Part shown: positions 1 through 10,070 of the stretch, piece after piece | Position numbering within the stretch: position 1 is the first letter of the stretch | Layout of the letters: each line of letters starts with the position of its first letter | Source of the DNA: Candidatus Limnocylindria bacterium | GTDB lineage: Bacteria > Chloroflexota > Limnocylindria > QHBO01 | Direction: 5' to 3' | DNA length: 64,000 nucleotides | Assembly (NCBI GenBank): GCA_036556695.1 | Contig: DATBIY010000006.1 | Coordinates: 22,231 to 86,230, forward strand | Program-made: the position numbers and the translations under genes | Notes under the pieces: generated by a model | What the model was told of the DNA's origin: nothing | Database searches by the model: none | Seen by the model: only the letters and a program-made list of their open reading frames with translations

Positions 1-1311
1 GTCGACGTTGGTCTCGAAGGTGTCCTGGTTGATGACCACGTTGCCGCGGTTCAGCTCGAACTTCAGCTGGTTGTACTTCGTGCCGTCGGCGCGGGTGGGG
101 GTGGTGCCGTTCAGCGGCGGGGTGCGCCAGCTGGACACCGAGCCGCCCTCCACCGGGTTGCGGGCATCGGTCACGCCCAGGTGCCGGTTCAGTTTGGCGC
201 CGTACTCGCCCAGCACGTTGTTGTCCGACGCCTGGCTGGTGCAGGGGATGACCATGTCGCACGGGATGGTGAACTCGCTGCCGGGGATCGGCTCCGGGGA
301 CCGCCGGCCGGAGGCATCGGGCTCACCCAGGCGGACCCGCTGGAAGACCATGCCTTTCACCTTGCCGCTGTCATCGGCCAGGATCTCGACCGGCGAGGCG
401 AAGAACTCGAACTGCACGCCCTCGAAGCGAGTCTCGTGCTGCTCCTCCTCGTCCACCACCATCTCGTCCGGGCCGCGGCGGTAGACGATGGTGCTGGTCT
501 TGGCTCCCAGCCGCAGCGCCGTTCGGCTGGAGTCCATGGCGGTGTAGCCGCCGCCGACGACCACCACGTGATCGCCCACCCACTGCTCCTCGCCCAGGTT
601 GGCCCGCTTCAGAAAGTCGACGCCGTAGATGACGCCATCCAGCTCCTCGCCCGGCACGTTCATGGCGACCGGGTACATGCAGCCGGTGGCGACCACCACC
701 GCGTCGTGCCGCTCCTTCAGCTGGTCGAGGGTGATGTCGCGGCCGATCTCGACGTTGTAATGGAACTCGACGCCGTGCTTGGCAACCCAGTTGACGTCCA
801 GCTCGATGACGTCTCGCGGCAGTCGGAAGGCTGGCACGCCGATGAGGGTCGTGCCGCCGCCTGACGGGAGCGCTTCGTAGACATGCACCTCGTGGCCGTA
901 GGTCGCCAGCTCCTTGGCGACGCTGAGGCCGGCCGGTCCCGCCCCGATCACCGCCGCCGACTTCCCGGTGGGCGGGCCGACCACGATGTTGTCCGGCATG
1001 TTGTTGCCGTAGTGCCAGTCGACCAGGAAGCGCTTCATGGCGCGGATGGCCAGCGGCTTGTCGATGTCGGCGCGGCGGCATGCCTTCTCGCACGGCGCGC
1101 TGCACACGTAGCCGCAGATGGCGGCCACCGGGTTCGGGTCGCGGGCCAGGATGTAGCCCTCTTCGAACCGCCCCTCGGCTGCCAGCATGAGGTAGCCGCG
1201 GCAGTTGGTATTGACCGGGCAGCCTTCCTGGCACTCGATGTTGCACTGCAGCCAGTCGACGCCGACTTCGGCGGTCTGGAACCTCAGCGGGATTGCGTTC
1301 TCACTGATCAC
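1..1311 (-). CDS. Partial (3' end runs off the window) glutamate-synthase small-subunit-like FAD/NAD(P)-dependent oxidoreductase with an N-terminal Fe-S Cys cluster (GltD/SudA-like)
   Basis: Not on the ORF track because there is no stop in the window; found by reading the reverse complement. Shows the CxxCxxxC...C Fe-S motif (CNIECQEGCPVNTNC...CGYVCSAPCEKAC), the Rossmann GxGxxG stretch (VIGAGPAGLS) and a second FAD/NAD fold (VVVVGGGYTAMD). Probable GTG start near 1311 with an in-frame stop just upstream. Confidence 0.7.
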   Translation of the reverse strand, partial: MISENAIPLRFQTAEVGVDWLQCNIECQEGCPVNTNCRGYLMLAAEGRFEEGYILARDPNPVAAICGYVCSAPCEKACRRADIDKPLAIRAMKRFLVDWHYGNNMPDNIVVGPPTGKSAAVIGAGPAGLSVAKELATYGHEVHVYEALPSGGGTTLIGVPAFRLPRDVIELDVNWVAKHGVEFHYNVEIGRDITLDQLKERHDAVVVATGCMYPVAMNVPGEELDGVIYGVDFLKRANLGEEQWVGDHVVVVGGGYTAMDSSRTALRLGAKTSTIVYRRGPDEMVVDEEEQHETRFEGVQFEFFASPVEILADDSGKVKGMVFQRVRLGEPDASGRRSPEPIPGSEFTIPCDMVIPCTSQASDNNVLGEYGAKLNRHLGVTDARNPVEGGSVSSWRTPPLNGTTPTRADGTKYNQLKFELNRGNVVINQDTFETNVD

Positions 1312-1468
1312 GGGCGAGGTGGCACAGCGGGTTCCACACGAAATCCGTTCGGAGCGAAGCAGCGGCTGATCGATGCTACCTGACCCGCGCTCTGAGCGTC
1401 AAAGCGGATGGTGTGTCGTGCGTGCTCGAGCGCACGACACCGATTCGGCGTTTCCAGGCGCTGCACAG

Positions 1469-3523
1469 CTACCTACCGCTGAAGTACGTGGTCATCACCT
1501 GGCGCACGAGGGGCGCAGCGTCTGAGCCCCCGGTGGCCAGCGGGACGCGCACCAGCACGGTGGCCACCGAAATCTGCGGGTTGTCGGCCGGGGCGATGGC
1601 CGGAAACCACGCATCCGGATCCGGACCACCGGTCTCGGCGGTGCCGCTCTTGCCGGCTACCTGGATGCCGTAGCCGGCGAAGGACGGGAACGCGGTGCCG
1701 TAGGGGTAGTTGACCACCGCCTTCATCGACTCCACCACGTAGCGCAGCTGGCCCCGGGTGAGGCTGATGCGCTGTTTCAGCTCACGGCGATTCTTCTCGA
1801 CCACCGTGCCGTCGGGCAGGCGTGCCTCGGCGACCAGCCGCGGGACCCACAGCTTGCCGCCGTTGCCGATGGCGGCGTAGGCGTTGGCCAGCTGCAGCGG
1901 AGTGCCCAGGTAGCTCCCCTGGCCGATGGCCAGCTGGATCTGGTCGAACGGCCCGTACGGATGGATCTTCCCGTCCCAGCGCTTCGCCGTCTCGAAGTAC
2001 TCGGCGTCGGGCAGGATGCCGGGCTCATCCGCCAGGTGCCTGATGCCGGTGGACTGGCCGAAGCCGAACTCGCGAACCAGGTCGGTCAGGGCCGTCTGGT
2101 TCTCGTCGTAGACCAGGATCGAGAGCGGCATGTAGGTGGTGTTGCAGCTGAAGGCCATGGCCTGCAGCAAGTCGACCAGGCCGGCCAGGCTGTGGTCCAG
2201 ATAGTTGTGGAAGGTGAAGCCGGAGAAGGTCCAGGTGCCGTTGCAGGTCATCCGCGTCGCCGGCGAGGCAACGCCCAACTTGAGGGCCGCGGCCAGCGTG
2301 AAGACCTTGAACGACGAGCCGGCCGGATAGGCACCCAGCACAGCGTGGCTGGTGCGCGCGGACTCGCCCGGGTCTGCCAGCGGGACGCCCGTCAGGCTGG
2401 AGCCGATGGTCATCGAGTTGGGGTTGAAGCGCGGCGCTGATGCCAGCGCCCACACATCGCCGTTGCGCGGATTGATCACCGCCGTGCCGGCCTCCGCGTA
2501 GGGGGCAAGGGTCGCATCGGCCGTTCCCTGGATGTTGCGGCGCAGGGTGATGATCACGTCCGCCCCAGGAACCATCCGCCGGTCGAGCACCGTGATCCGG
2601 CGCCCGTCGTCGCCGATGGCCACCAGCGACAGGCCGGGGCTGCCCGCCAGCAGGTCGTCAGCGCCCATCTCCAGCCCACTGCGACCGACCAGCTCACCTG
2701 AGCGCAGCAGGCCGCTCTCGTCGTCGCGCACGTCCTTGACCGTGGCGGGCGTCGCGTAGCCGATGGTCTGGCCGGCCACCCACTCCTGCGGATAGATCCG
2801 CGCTCCATCGTCCCGGTTTCGGGCGTAGACCGTGCCATCCTGGCCAACGATCCGGCCGCGCAGCGGGGCGGTGCGCTTCAGGCGCAGGGTTCCGCCCTCG
2901 CCGAGCGCAGGGAACAGGATGCTGGGGCTCCAGCGCACGTCCCAGCCGGACGCGGACGCTGCCAGCAGCACTTCGCGCTGCAGCACCACCTCACCGAAGT
3001 TGTCGGTGCTGAAGGTCAGGTCCACCGGGACGCGGACCGCCAGCCTCGGGCCGGCCAGTGGCGTATCCGGCGGGACCGGCGTCGGCTCTGGCGTGGGGCT
3101 GGCAGCGGGATCGACGGATGGCACCGATGGCGCCGCGCCGGATGGCGCCGGCTGCGGTGAGGCCGGCGGCGCGTCCGGCGGCCGCGGAGCGGCCGAGAGG
3201 ACGACGCGTTCCGGATCGCCCAGCTCCCAGGCGAGGTCAGTGCTGCGCGTGAAGCGTTCGAACCGCTCGAGCAGATCGCGGAAGGCTCGTTGCGGCACGC
3301 GGTCGCGGTCGGCCGCCGAGAGCGCCTGGTGCATCGCCGGGTAGCGGCCCTCGCGCCAGTCTTCCAGGAAGGCGGCCAGCGCAGCCGGCGCCTCCTCGAT
3401 CGGCTGCACCGGCACCGCACTCGGAACCGGCGTCGGCAACGGCGTGGTGCTGGTACACGCGGCAGCCAGCATCGCGACAGCCAGGACGGCTGCCTGGCGG
3501 TTGATCCCCCGCCGCGGGCTCAT
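1469..3523 (-). CDS. Class B penicillin-binding protein (transpeptidase) lipoprotein with an N-terminal NTF2/MecA-like domain
   Basis: Lipobox signal (LAAACTST). Transpeptidase motifs SxxK (GSSFKVF), SxN (SCN) and KSG (KSGTA). Confidence 0.85.
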   Translation of the reverse strand: MSPRRGINRQAAVLAVAMLAAACTSTTPLPTPVPSAVPVQPIEEAPAALAAFLEDWREGRYPAMHQALSAADRDRVPQRAFRDLLERFERFTRSTDLAWELGDPERVVLSAAPRPPDAPPASPQPAPSGAAPSVPSVDPAASPTPEPTPVPPDTPLAGPRLAVRVPVDLTFSTDNFGEVVLQREVLLAASASGWDVRWSPSILFPALGEGGTLRLKRTAPLRGRIVGQDGTVYARNRDDGARIYPQEWVAGQTIGYATPATVKDVRDDESGLLRSGELVGRSGLEMGADDLLAGSPGLSLVAIGDDGRRITVLDRRMVPGADVIITLRRNIQGTADATLAPYAEAGTAVINPRNGDVWALASAPRFNPNSMTIGSSLTGVPLADPGESARTSHAVLGAYPAGSSFKVFTLAAALKLGVASPATRMTCNGTWTFSGFTFHNYLDHSLAGLVDLLQAMAFSCNTTYMPLSILVYDENQTALTDLVREFGFGQSTGIRHLADEPGILPDAEYFETAKRWDGKIHPYGPFDQIQLAIGQGSYLGTPLQLANAYAAIGNGGKLWVPRLVAEARLPDGTVVEKNRRELKQRISLTRGQLRYVVESMKAVVNYPYGTAFPSFAGYGIQVAGKSGTAETGGPDPDAWFPAIAPADNPQISVATVLVRVPLATGGSDAAPLVRQVMTTYFSGR

Positions 3524-3544
3524 CGGCTCACGTGGCGCATCGGC

Positions 3545-4264
3545 TCATCTGGCCAGCATCACCCGACGAAAGCCCTCTGCGGCGCGGAATCCGGTCCGTT
3601 CGCCGAGCTCCTCGGCACGGCGGCGGAGCCATCGCGCAGTCTCGTTGAAGTCATGGAACTGGGACACGTGGCAGGCCAGGGCAGCGATCTTCCGCTCCAG
3701 CGTATCGCCGATGTCCACGATCTGGTTCGCCTCGTTGGTGCTCCACAGGAAGAGCTCGGCGACCTTCCAGGGCTCGAGGCCGGCGCTCAGATGCTCGGGA
3801 AAGTTCAACGGGTCGCGCGCCGTGGGGAACACCGCGTCGACCGTCACCTGGCCGAGCGCCCGGTGATCGGGATGGTTGACCCATTCGTTGTTGACGAACA
3901 CCACCGTCGGATCATGGGTCATCACCACTTCCGGGCGGAACGTGCGAATCGCGTGGGTGATTCGCTCACGCAGGCGCAGGCTGGCTTCCACCTGGCCGTC
4001 CGGCTCACCCAGGAAATCGACGCCCTGCACGCCGATCTCGGCCGCGGCGGCTCGCTGCTCCGCCTCGCGCCGCCGCCCGAGCTCCAGCGGATCGGCCCAT
4101 GCGTCATCGGTCCCCTTGTCGCCGTTGGTGGCGAGCAGGTAGCGGGTCTCCGCGCCCTCCTGCACCCAGCGCGCGACCGTGCCCGCCGCGCCGAACTCGA
4201 TGTCGTCCGGGTGCGCAGCGACGACAAGGACGCGTTCCGGAGTCGGCAGTCGATCGTCGGGCAT
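3545..4264 (-). CDS. PIG-L/LmbE family N-acetylglucosaminyl deacetylase (MshB/BshB-like)
   Basis: Hallmark motif AHPDDIEFG and the HPDH motif. Confidence 0.8.
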   Translation of the reverse strand: MPDDRLPTPERVLVVAAHPDDIEFGAAGTVARWVQEGAETRYLLATNGDKGTDDAWADPLELGRRREAEQRAAAAEIGVQGVDFLGEPDGQVEASLRLRERITHAIRTFRPEVVMTHDPTVVFVNNEWVNHPDHRALGQVTVDAVFPTARDPLNFPEHLSAGLEPWKVAELFLWSTNEANQIVDIGDTLERKIAALACHVSQFHDFNETARWLRRRAEELGERTGFRAAEGFRRVMLAR

Positions 4265-4318
4265 GCTGTTGAGTGCGCGCCATCGTAGCGGAGGGCCGGC
4301 CCAGGGGAATGCCGCGCG

Positions 4319-7132
4319 TCAGTCGACGCTGAGCGGGACCAGTGGCGGTTCAGCGGTGCTCGGGGCTCCGATCGTGAAGGCGGCCCCGACCGGTCGCGGG
4401 TCGAGGCGGACCAATGCGTCCTGCGGCGACGCCAGGCTGTCCAACGCCCAGGCGGCGACCTCGTCGTCGTGGGTGAACAGGACCACCTGGCGCTCGCCGC
4501 TGATGGCGTGGAGGACGTCGAGCAGCTGGCGCTTGCGCTCCCCGTCGCACTGCGCGGTCACCTCGTCCAGCAGCAGCGGCGCACGCTCGCCGGTGCTGAC
4601 CAAATGCTCCGCCATCGCCACCCGCAGCAGCAGGTAGACCTGCTCACGCGTGCCTTCCGACAGGTACCTTGCGTCCCGCCACTGGCCTGTGGCGCTTTCC
4701 TTCACGCGGACGTGGAGCGAGGCAGGGTCGACGCTGACCTCCACGTAGGCGCCTCCGGAGACGACCGGCAGCCAGCGCAGGACGGCACGCGCCAGGACAG
4801 GCGCCAGGTCGCGATGCACCCGCTCCTGCGCCGCGCGCAGCAGACCGAGGGTGGTGTCGATGGTTGCGGCAAGGCCCTCGACGCGCTCGAGCTCGCGTTG
4901 CGCGGCGTCGGCTGCCTCCTCGGCCTCGGCCACGTCCGGAAGGGCGGCGCGCTGGGCGTCGAGGGCGCCGCGGGCCACGTCATGCTCGCGTTCCAGCTGC
5001 TGCGCCTCGCGGCGCAGTGCAGCCAGGTGCTCGTCCGACTGGACGCCAGTGGGCAGGGCGATGGCCTCCGCCGCCAGGGCCGCGGCCAGCTCATTCGCGC
5101 GCTGCCGGCGCCGCTCCGCGTCCCCCTGCAGGTCGGCCAGACTTCCGCCGTCCAACAGGGCCTGGAGCTGCTGCCACTCGGCAAGGGCTCGCTGATTGGC
5201 CTGCAGCGCGCCGCTGCGCTCCTCCCGCCAGTGCTCGACGGCGGCGCACAGCTGCTCGGCATCGGTTGCGGTGATCTCAAGCTCGGCGGCAACGGCCCGC
5301 AGCCGCTCCGCGGCCTCGTGGGCGCGGCGCCGAGCGGCGGCGGCGGCATCCTCGGCTGCGCGCCGCGCGTGCAGCTGGTGGCGCAGCGCCTCGGCGCGAT
5401 CGGCGAGGCGCTGCAGCGCGGAGCGGCTCTCGCAGGCGGCGTGATAGGTGGCGGCCGCCGCCGCCGGGTCCGCGTCGGCGGCCAGATCCTCTCCGCGGTC
5501 GCGCAGCGCGGCAGCGAGATCGTGGCGTGCGGTCAGCAGCTGCCCCTGCAGCTCGGCGTGCCGAGCCTCCCAGCGGATCAGCGCGTCGCGCTGCACGGCG
5601 ATCGCGGCCACGCGGTCGGCCAGCTCGGCGATGGCGGCTGCGTCCTCGGGCAGGCCGCTCGCCCGCGCGCGGCCAAGTGCCGCGTCGCGGCGCTCCGTGG
5701 CAGCCGCGCGCGCGCGGCGATACGGCTCGACGCTGGCCTCGGCGCGCGCCAGGGCGTCGGCGGTCGCGCGTGATCGCGAAAGACTCCAGGCGCCAGCCGC
5801 GCCCAGCGCCACGGCGAGCAGGGCAACTGCCACGGCTCCCGGCGCGCTGACCGCCACGAGCAGGCCCGCGGACACAATGGCAAGCAGGCAGGCGCCGCCG
5901 AACAGCAGCTGCGGCCGCGCCGCTGCCGAGCTGCCCCTGCGCAAGCCGGCCAGCTGCGCCTCGAAATCTGATGCCTCGGGAAGCGGCGCCTGCCCCAGAG
6001 TGGCAGCCAGCTCTCGAAGCGCCGGAGCATCCCAGCCGGGCGCGGGATTGGGCTCGACCGCGGGCCGGTCGCCGAGCAGGTGCAGTGCCTGGACGGCCAG
6101 GCTGACGGCGTGCTGTGCGGCCACGACCGACGGATGCGGACGCACATCGCCCGTCGGAGGCTGGGGCAGCGCATCGAGCTCGGCCTGCAGCGCATCCGTG
6201 GTCGGCCCCGACAGGTCGACGGCAGCCGGGCGGTTGCGGTAGCCATCCACCGCGGCCGCAGCACGTGCGGCCAGCTCATCACTGGCGGCCAACGTAGGCG
6301 GTGGTGCGGGGTGGCGAGCCTGCAGCTCGGCCGCTCGCGCGGCGCGGGCGCTTGCCTCCGCGGCCTGCATGCGCGCAACGGCTGCCTCGGCACCCGCCAG
6401 GCGAAGCCGCGCGGACTGGGCGGCGCGCTCGGACGACTCGACGGCAGCCGCCCGCTCAAGGAAGTCGGCGTGGGCCTGACGAGCCTGATCGTGAGCGGCA
6501 GCTGCGGCGGTCAGGCGGTTCCTGGCGGTGCGCAACGGCCCCTTGGCCGCCACGGTATCGGCACCCACCGCGTCACGCCGGAACTGCTCCAGGCGAGCAA
6601 TGGCCTCCGCCGCGGTGACGTCCGCCCCGTGGGTGGCCGCGGCGCGCTGCATGTGCTCCTGCAGGCCTTCGGCCGCATCTGCCACTGCCATGATCTGGGC
6701 CTGGCTGACGCTGACGGTCGTGGCGAACGAATCGCGATCCAGGCCGAGCCAGCGGGAGGCGTCCGGCGTGCCGTCCAGGATCTCGTCCGACACGTCGCGG
6801 CCGAGGTCGACATCGACCGCGCGGCAGGCGACCTTGTTCGCCAGGTCCTGGGTGACGTCGATGGTCCTGCCGTCGTCAAGCTGCATGCGCGCCTCCACCT
6901 CCCAGCGATCCGGCTGATCCCAGGGCTTGTGGCGCAGCGCCAGCTCACGCTCGACGGCGGTGCCCGGGCCCTTGCCGCGCCGAAGGCCGGTGATGGCCAG
7001 CCGCAGCGCGGCGTGCCACGAGGACTTGCCGGACTCGTTGGGACCGGCGATGACCGTCAATCCAGGAGCCAGATCCAGCGTCTCGTTCTGGAACGGCCCG
7101 AAGGCGCGGGCCACGACCCGCTGGATGCGCAT
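4319..7132 (-). CDS. sbcC: SbcC/Rad50-like SMC-family ATPase (double-strand-break repair)
   Basis: N-terminal Walker A (GPNESGKSS), a long Ala/Arg-rich coiled coil and a C-terminal signature/Walker B (LLLDEVTAQCD...VVLFTHD). Sits directly downstream of an SbcD-like gene. Confidence 0.8.
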   Translation of the reverse strand: MRIQRVVARAFGPFQNETLDLAPGLTVIAGPNESGKSSWHAALRLAITGLRRGKGPGTAVERELALRHKPWDQPDRWEVEARMQLDDGRTIDVTQDLANKVACRAVDVDLGRDVSDEILDGTPDASRWLGLDRDSFATTVSVSQAQIMAVADAAEGLQEHMQRAAATHGADVTAAEAIARLEQFRRDAVGADTVAAKGPLRTARNRLTAAAAAHDQARQAHADFLERAAAVESSERAAQSARLRLAGAEAAVARMQAAEASARAARAAELQARHPAPPPTLAASDELAARAAAAVDGYRNRPAAVDLSGPTTDALQAELDALPQPPTGDVRPHPSVVAAQHAVSLAVQALHLLGDRPAVEPNPAPGWDAPALRELAATLGQAPLPEASDFEAQLAGLRRGSSAAARPQLLFGGACLLAIVSAGLLVAVSAPGAVAVALLAVALGAAGAWSLSRSRATADALARAEASVEPYRRARAAATERRDAALGRARASGLPEDAAAIAELADRVAAIAVQRDALIRWEARHAELQGQLLTARHDLAAALRDRGEDLAADADPAAAAATYHAACESRSALQRLADRAEALRHQLHARRAAEDAAAAARRRAHEAAERLRAVAAELEITATDAEQLCAAVEHWREERSGALQANQRALAEWQQLQALLDGGSLADLQGDAERRRQRANELAAALAAEAIALPTGVQSDEHLAALRREAQQLEREHDVARGALDAQRAALPDVAEAEEAADAAQRELERVEGLAATIDTTLGLLRAAQERVHRDLAPVLARAVLRWLPVVSGGAYVEVSVDPASLHVRVKESATGQWRDARYLSEGTREQVYLLLRVAMAEHLVSTGERAPLLLDEVTAQCDGERKRQLLDVLHAISGERQVVLFTHDDEVAAWALDSLASPQDALVRLDPRPVGAAFTIGAPSTAEPPLVPLSVD

Positions 7133-7133
7133 C

Positions 7134-8228
7134 TCAGGCGACCTCCAGGTCCGGCCGGCCCTCGAGGGCGCGCAGCCCGGTCAGCACCACGCGACGCCGC
7201 GTGTCGGGGTCGGTGATGGACTCCATGGCATCGCGCACGAACTGTCCGCGCACCGTCTGCTCGGCGGCGATGGCCTCGACGTCATGGCCGATGCGGATCT
7301 CGCCGGCGCGGATCACCAGCCCGTCGAGGTGCTCGCCCAGGCGCTGCAGCTCGGCGATGTCGAGCGCCATGCCGGGTGCCAGCTCTCCCTGCAGCGTGAC
7401 TCGCACGCAGCCGGCCAGGCCGGCCAGGGCATCGCTGACGATCCCCGCCAGCTCGGTGGCGTGGCGCGCATCGTCGATGGCCACCAGCACGTCGTGCACC
7501 TCGCTGACCGCGACCCGGCGCCGCTCGCGGATGACGCTGCCGTCGGCCGACACCGTCACCAGGACGGCGCCGCGCTCCCCCTCCTCGCCGAACTCGAGCG
7601 GGTCTGGGTTGCCCGGATAGGTATGGCGCTCCGCGTCGCGCGGCAGGTGGTAGTGGCCCAGGAACGCATGGCTGATGCCGGCCGCCGGCAGCTCTGCCGC
7701 ATCGAACGGGGCGTGCGGCTGCTTCCCCTCCTCCTGCCAGCCGAGCAGGCTGCGCTCCGAGGCGTGGGCCAGGGCCAGGTGCACGCCGCCACGATCCGGG
7801 CGGAAGCCAGCGAAGAAGCCATCGGTGTTGGCCGGCGCGCGGTGTGCGGCACCCCACAGGGTCAGCCCATCGGCCAGGGGGAACGGGGTGAGCCGCGCCT
7901 CGGTGAAGAGATGGACGTTCGGCGACCAATCGGTCAGCAGGTATGGACTGCGAGGAGAGAGCCAGTCGTGGTTGCCCGGCGCCAGGAACACCGGTCGGCT
8001 CGTTGCGGCCAGCGCGTCCTGCAGGAATGCGACGGTATCCGGCGTCACCCGGTCGTGCTCGAACAGGTCGCCGGCGCAGAGGATGGCGTCGACCGCCTCC
8101 TCCTCGGCCAGCCGGATGATGTGCTGCAGCGCGACGCGCCGGTTGTTGCGACGTTTGCGCGCGGTTTCGGGCCGTGCCCAGGCGAATGGAGCGTCGAGGT
8201 GCAGGTCGGCAAAGAGAACGAGCTTCAC
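7134..8228 (-). CDS. sbcD: SbcD/Mre11-like metallophosphoesterase nuclease
   Basis: Calcineurin-like motifs DLHLD, GDLFEHD, GNHD and HxH. Its stop lies 2 nt before the sbcC start. Confidence 0.8.
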   Translation of the reverse strand: MKLVLFADLHLDAPFAWARPETARKRRNNRRVALQHIIRLAEEEAVDAILCAGDLFEHDRVTPDTVAFLQDALAATSRPVFLAPGNHDWLSPRSPYLLTDWSPNVHLFTEARLTPFPLADGLTLWGAAHRAPANTDGFFAGFRPDRGGVHLALAHASERSLLGWQEEGKQPHAPFDAAELPAAGISHAFLGHYHLPRDAERHTYPGNPDPLEFGEEGERGAVLVTVSADGSVIRERRRVAVSEVHDVLVAIDDARHATELAGIVSDALAGLAGCVRVTLQGELAPGMALDIAELQRLGEHLDGLVIRAGEIRIGHDVEAIAAEQTVRGQFVRDAMESITDPDTRRRVVLTGLRALEGRPDLEVA

Positions 8229-8304
8229 GCCTTCGAAGGGTAGCGAAGGTCGTGACAGCTAGGCCGTCGCAATCGACAGGCCCGAGAAGAACCTCAGAGG
8301 CTCA

Positions 8305-8448
8305 GTTGCGCGACTCGCGCTCGTTCACCAGCTGGATAACCAGCAGCACCGCCGCCACCACCAGCAGCAGGTTGACCAGCGCCCCGAACTGCAGCAGCAG
8401 GCCGAAGAACCATGCCAGCAGCGCAATGGCGATGAGCGTCCAGATCAT
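8305..8448 (-). CDS. Small membrane protein (lmo0937-like family, about 47 aa)
   Basis: Read from the reverse complement as MIWTLIAIALLAWFFGLLLQFGALVNLLLVVAAVLLVIQLVNERESRN. Overlaps the next small gene by 4 nt (ATGA). Confidence 0.5.
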
Positions 8449-8564
8449 TTGATCAGCAGCCAGCCCAGCCCCATGACGGCGGCCATCACCGCAACGCCGG
8501 CAAGGGCCACCCCGGCGGACAGGATGGCGATGGATGCCCCTGAAGGCCCACGCAGCGCGCTCAT
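8445..8564 (-). CDS. Small hydrophobic membrane protein (about 39 aa)
   Basis: Read from the reverse complement as MSALRGPSGASIAILSAGVALAGVAVMAAVMGLGWLLIK. Translationally coupled between Bcp and the lmo0937-like gene. Confidence 0.4.
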   Translation of the reverse strand: MSALRGPSGASIAILSAGVALAGVAVMAAVMGLGWLLIK

Positions 8565-9031
8565 GCGGCGAGGGCGTCCATCAGCAGGTCCACATGCTCC
8601 ATCGGCTTCACACGCTCCAGCACGTGCTCGATTCTGCCATCCGGACCGATGACGAAGCTCGATCGTTCGACGCCCATGTAGGTGCGCCCCATGTACGTCT
8701 TCTCGACCCAGACGCCGTAGGCATCGGCCACGGCATGCCCCGGATCCGATAGGAGCCGATACGGCAGGGCGTACTTCTCGCGGAACTTGACGTGGCTCTT
8801 CACGGGGTCCGGCGAGACGCCGAACACCTCGACACCGGTGCTCATGACACGCTCGAAGTTGTCGCGCATCGAGCATGCCTGGGCGGTGCAGCCGGGCGTG
8901 TCGTCCTTGGGATAGAAGTACAGGACGTAGCGCTTCCCGAGCTGGCTCATGCGGCTGACGGTCGACCCGTCATCGGCCTGCAGGCTGAAATCCGGGGCGT
9001 CCTCGCGCGGCCGTGGCTTCACGAATTCCAT
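8561..9031 (-). CDS. bcp: Thioredoxin-dependent peroxiredoxin Bcp
   Basis: FYPKDDTPGCTAQAC active-site motif. The track ORF extends to 9268 but the real start is MEFVKPRP at 9031, because the upstream hydrolase gene ends at 9033. Confidence 0.85.
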   Translation of the reverse strand: MEFVKPRPREDAPDFSLQADDGSTVSRMSQLGKRYVLYFYPKDDTPGCTAQACSMRDNFERVMSTGVEVFGVSPDPVKSHVKFREKYALPYRLLSDPGHAVADAYGVWVEKTYMGRTYMGVERSSFVIGPDGRIEHVLERVKPMEHVDLLMDALAA

Positions 9032-9032
9032 G

Positions 9033-10016
9033 CTACTGCAGCGTGCCGCCCATCTCCTCGATAGCCACCAGCACCGGCGGCAGGTCAACCACGCTGATCC
9101 GATCGGCCAAATCCGCGGCCACCTCGGCCAGGAGGCTGTCCGGCGCCTCGGCCAGGTCATGAGCGGCATCCGGGATGACGCGCATGGAAGGCCGATTGCC
9201 CCCGCCGCGCAGCGCTTCGGCCAGGAGTGCGGACTCATCCGGGTGCGACCACCGGTCCTCCGCCCCATGAAAGAGCGCCACGGACCGATGGAGCATGGTC
9301 GCCAGTGCGAGCGGCGGCGTGTGGATCGCCTGCTCGGTGCCGGCCAGGCTCAGGGTCAGTGGCCCGTCGGGCATCCGCAGCTCGATGCTCTGCTCTCGCC
9401 GCTCGGCGCGCTCGATGAGCTCCTCTGACCGCGCGTCCAGCGCCGCGACCAGCGGGTGCTGCCGATCGGTGCCGTCGCGGTCCCGGGCCGCCACGCCGCG
9501 CCGGAAGACGTCGCGCCAGGAGCGCGCCGATGCCCCGATCAGCGCCAGGGCGCTCACCGCCGGATCGCTGATGGCCACGCTCAGGGCCAGGGTGGCTCCC
9601 TCCCCGTGACCGACGATCGCGGTGCGCCGCAGGTCGAGCGCGGGCTGCGAGCGCATGGCCGCCAGCATGTCGCGGGCATCGTCGATGCGAGTGAACAGCG
9701 CCGCTTCCTCCCACACGCCTTCAGATGTCCCGCAACCCCGCGGGTCACAGCGCAGGCTGGCGACGCCCGCATCTGCCAGCGCGATGGCCAGGCGGCCCAG
9801 CAGCCCGCGCTCCCGCTCCGCAACGGCCTGCGGCGCGAACCAGGCCGCATGGGCGGTACGGTCCCAGGCGCCGTCCCGATCACGCGGCAGCCAGGACGGC
9901 AGCAGCAGCGCCGCCGGGTAGCGGCCGCGCTCGTCGGGCGGCGCATCGGGGAGGGTCAGCGTGCCGGCCAGCGTCGCGTCGCCAGCCGTGACTGCCAGCC
10001 CTTCAGATCGGCTCAC
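9033..10016 (-). CDS. Alpha/beta-hydrolase fold protein
   Basis: HGxG-like stretch (IVGHGEGATLAL) and overall alpha/beta-hydrolase layout. Specific function unknown. Confidence 0.6.
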   Translation of the reverse strand: MSRSEGLAVTAGDATLAGTLTLPDAPPDERGRYPAALLLPSWLPRDRDGAWDRTAHAAWFAPQAVAERERGLLGRLAIALADAGVASLRCDPRGCGTSEGVWEEAALFTRIDDARDMLAAMRSQPALDLRRTAIVGHGEGATLALSVAISDPAVSALALIGASARSWRDVFRRGVAARDRDGTDRQHPLVAALDARSEELIERAERREQSIELRMPDGPLTLSLAGTEQAIHTPPLALATMLHRSVALFHGAEDRWSHPDESALLAEALRGGGNRPSMRVIPDAAHDLAEAPDSLLAEVAADLADRISVVDLPPVLVAIEEMGGTLQ

Positions 10017-10070
10017 CCCGGAAGGGTACGGGTCGGCGTCACGCTGCGCTGTGCTCGCGCCGGCTCGGCG

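Noticed and set aside
371-1246. 291-aa Arg/Gly/Pro-rich ORF on the minus strand, plus the overlapping plus-strand ORFs 8-484, 181-864 and 883-1383
   Set aside because: These are alternative-frame products of a 70% GC sequence. The real gene here is the GltD-like oxidoreductase read in another minus-strand frame with clear Fe-S and Rossmann motifs.
8561-9268. Long N-terminal extension on the Bcp ORF
   Set aside because: The upstream alpha/beta-hydrolase gene ends at 9033, and the MEFVK start at 9031 gives a normal 156-aa peroxiredoxin.
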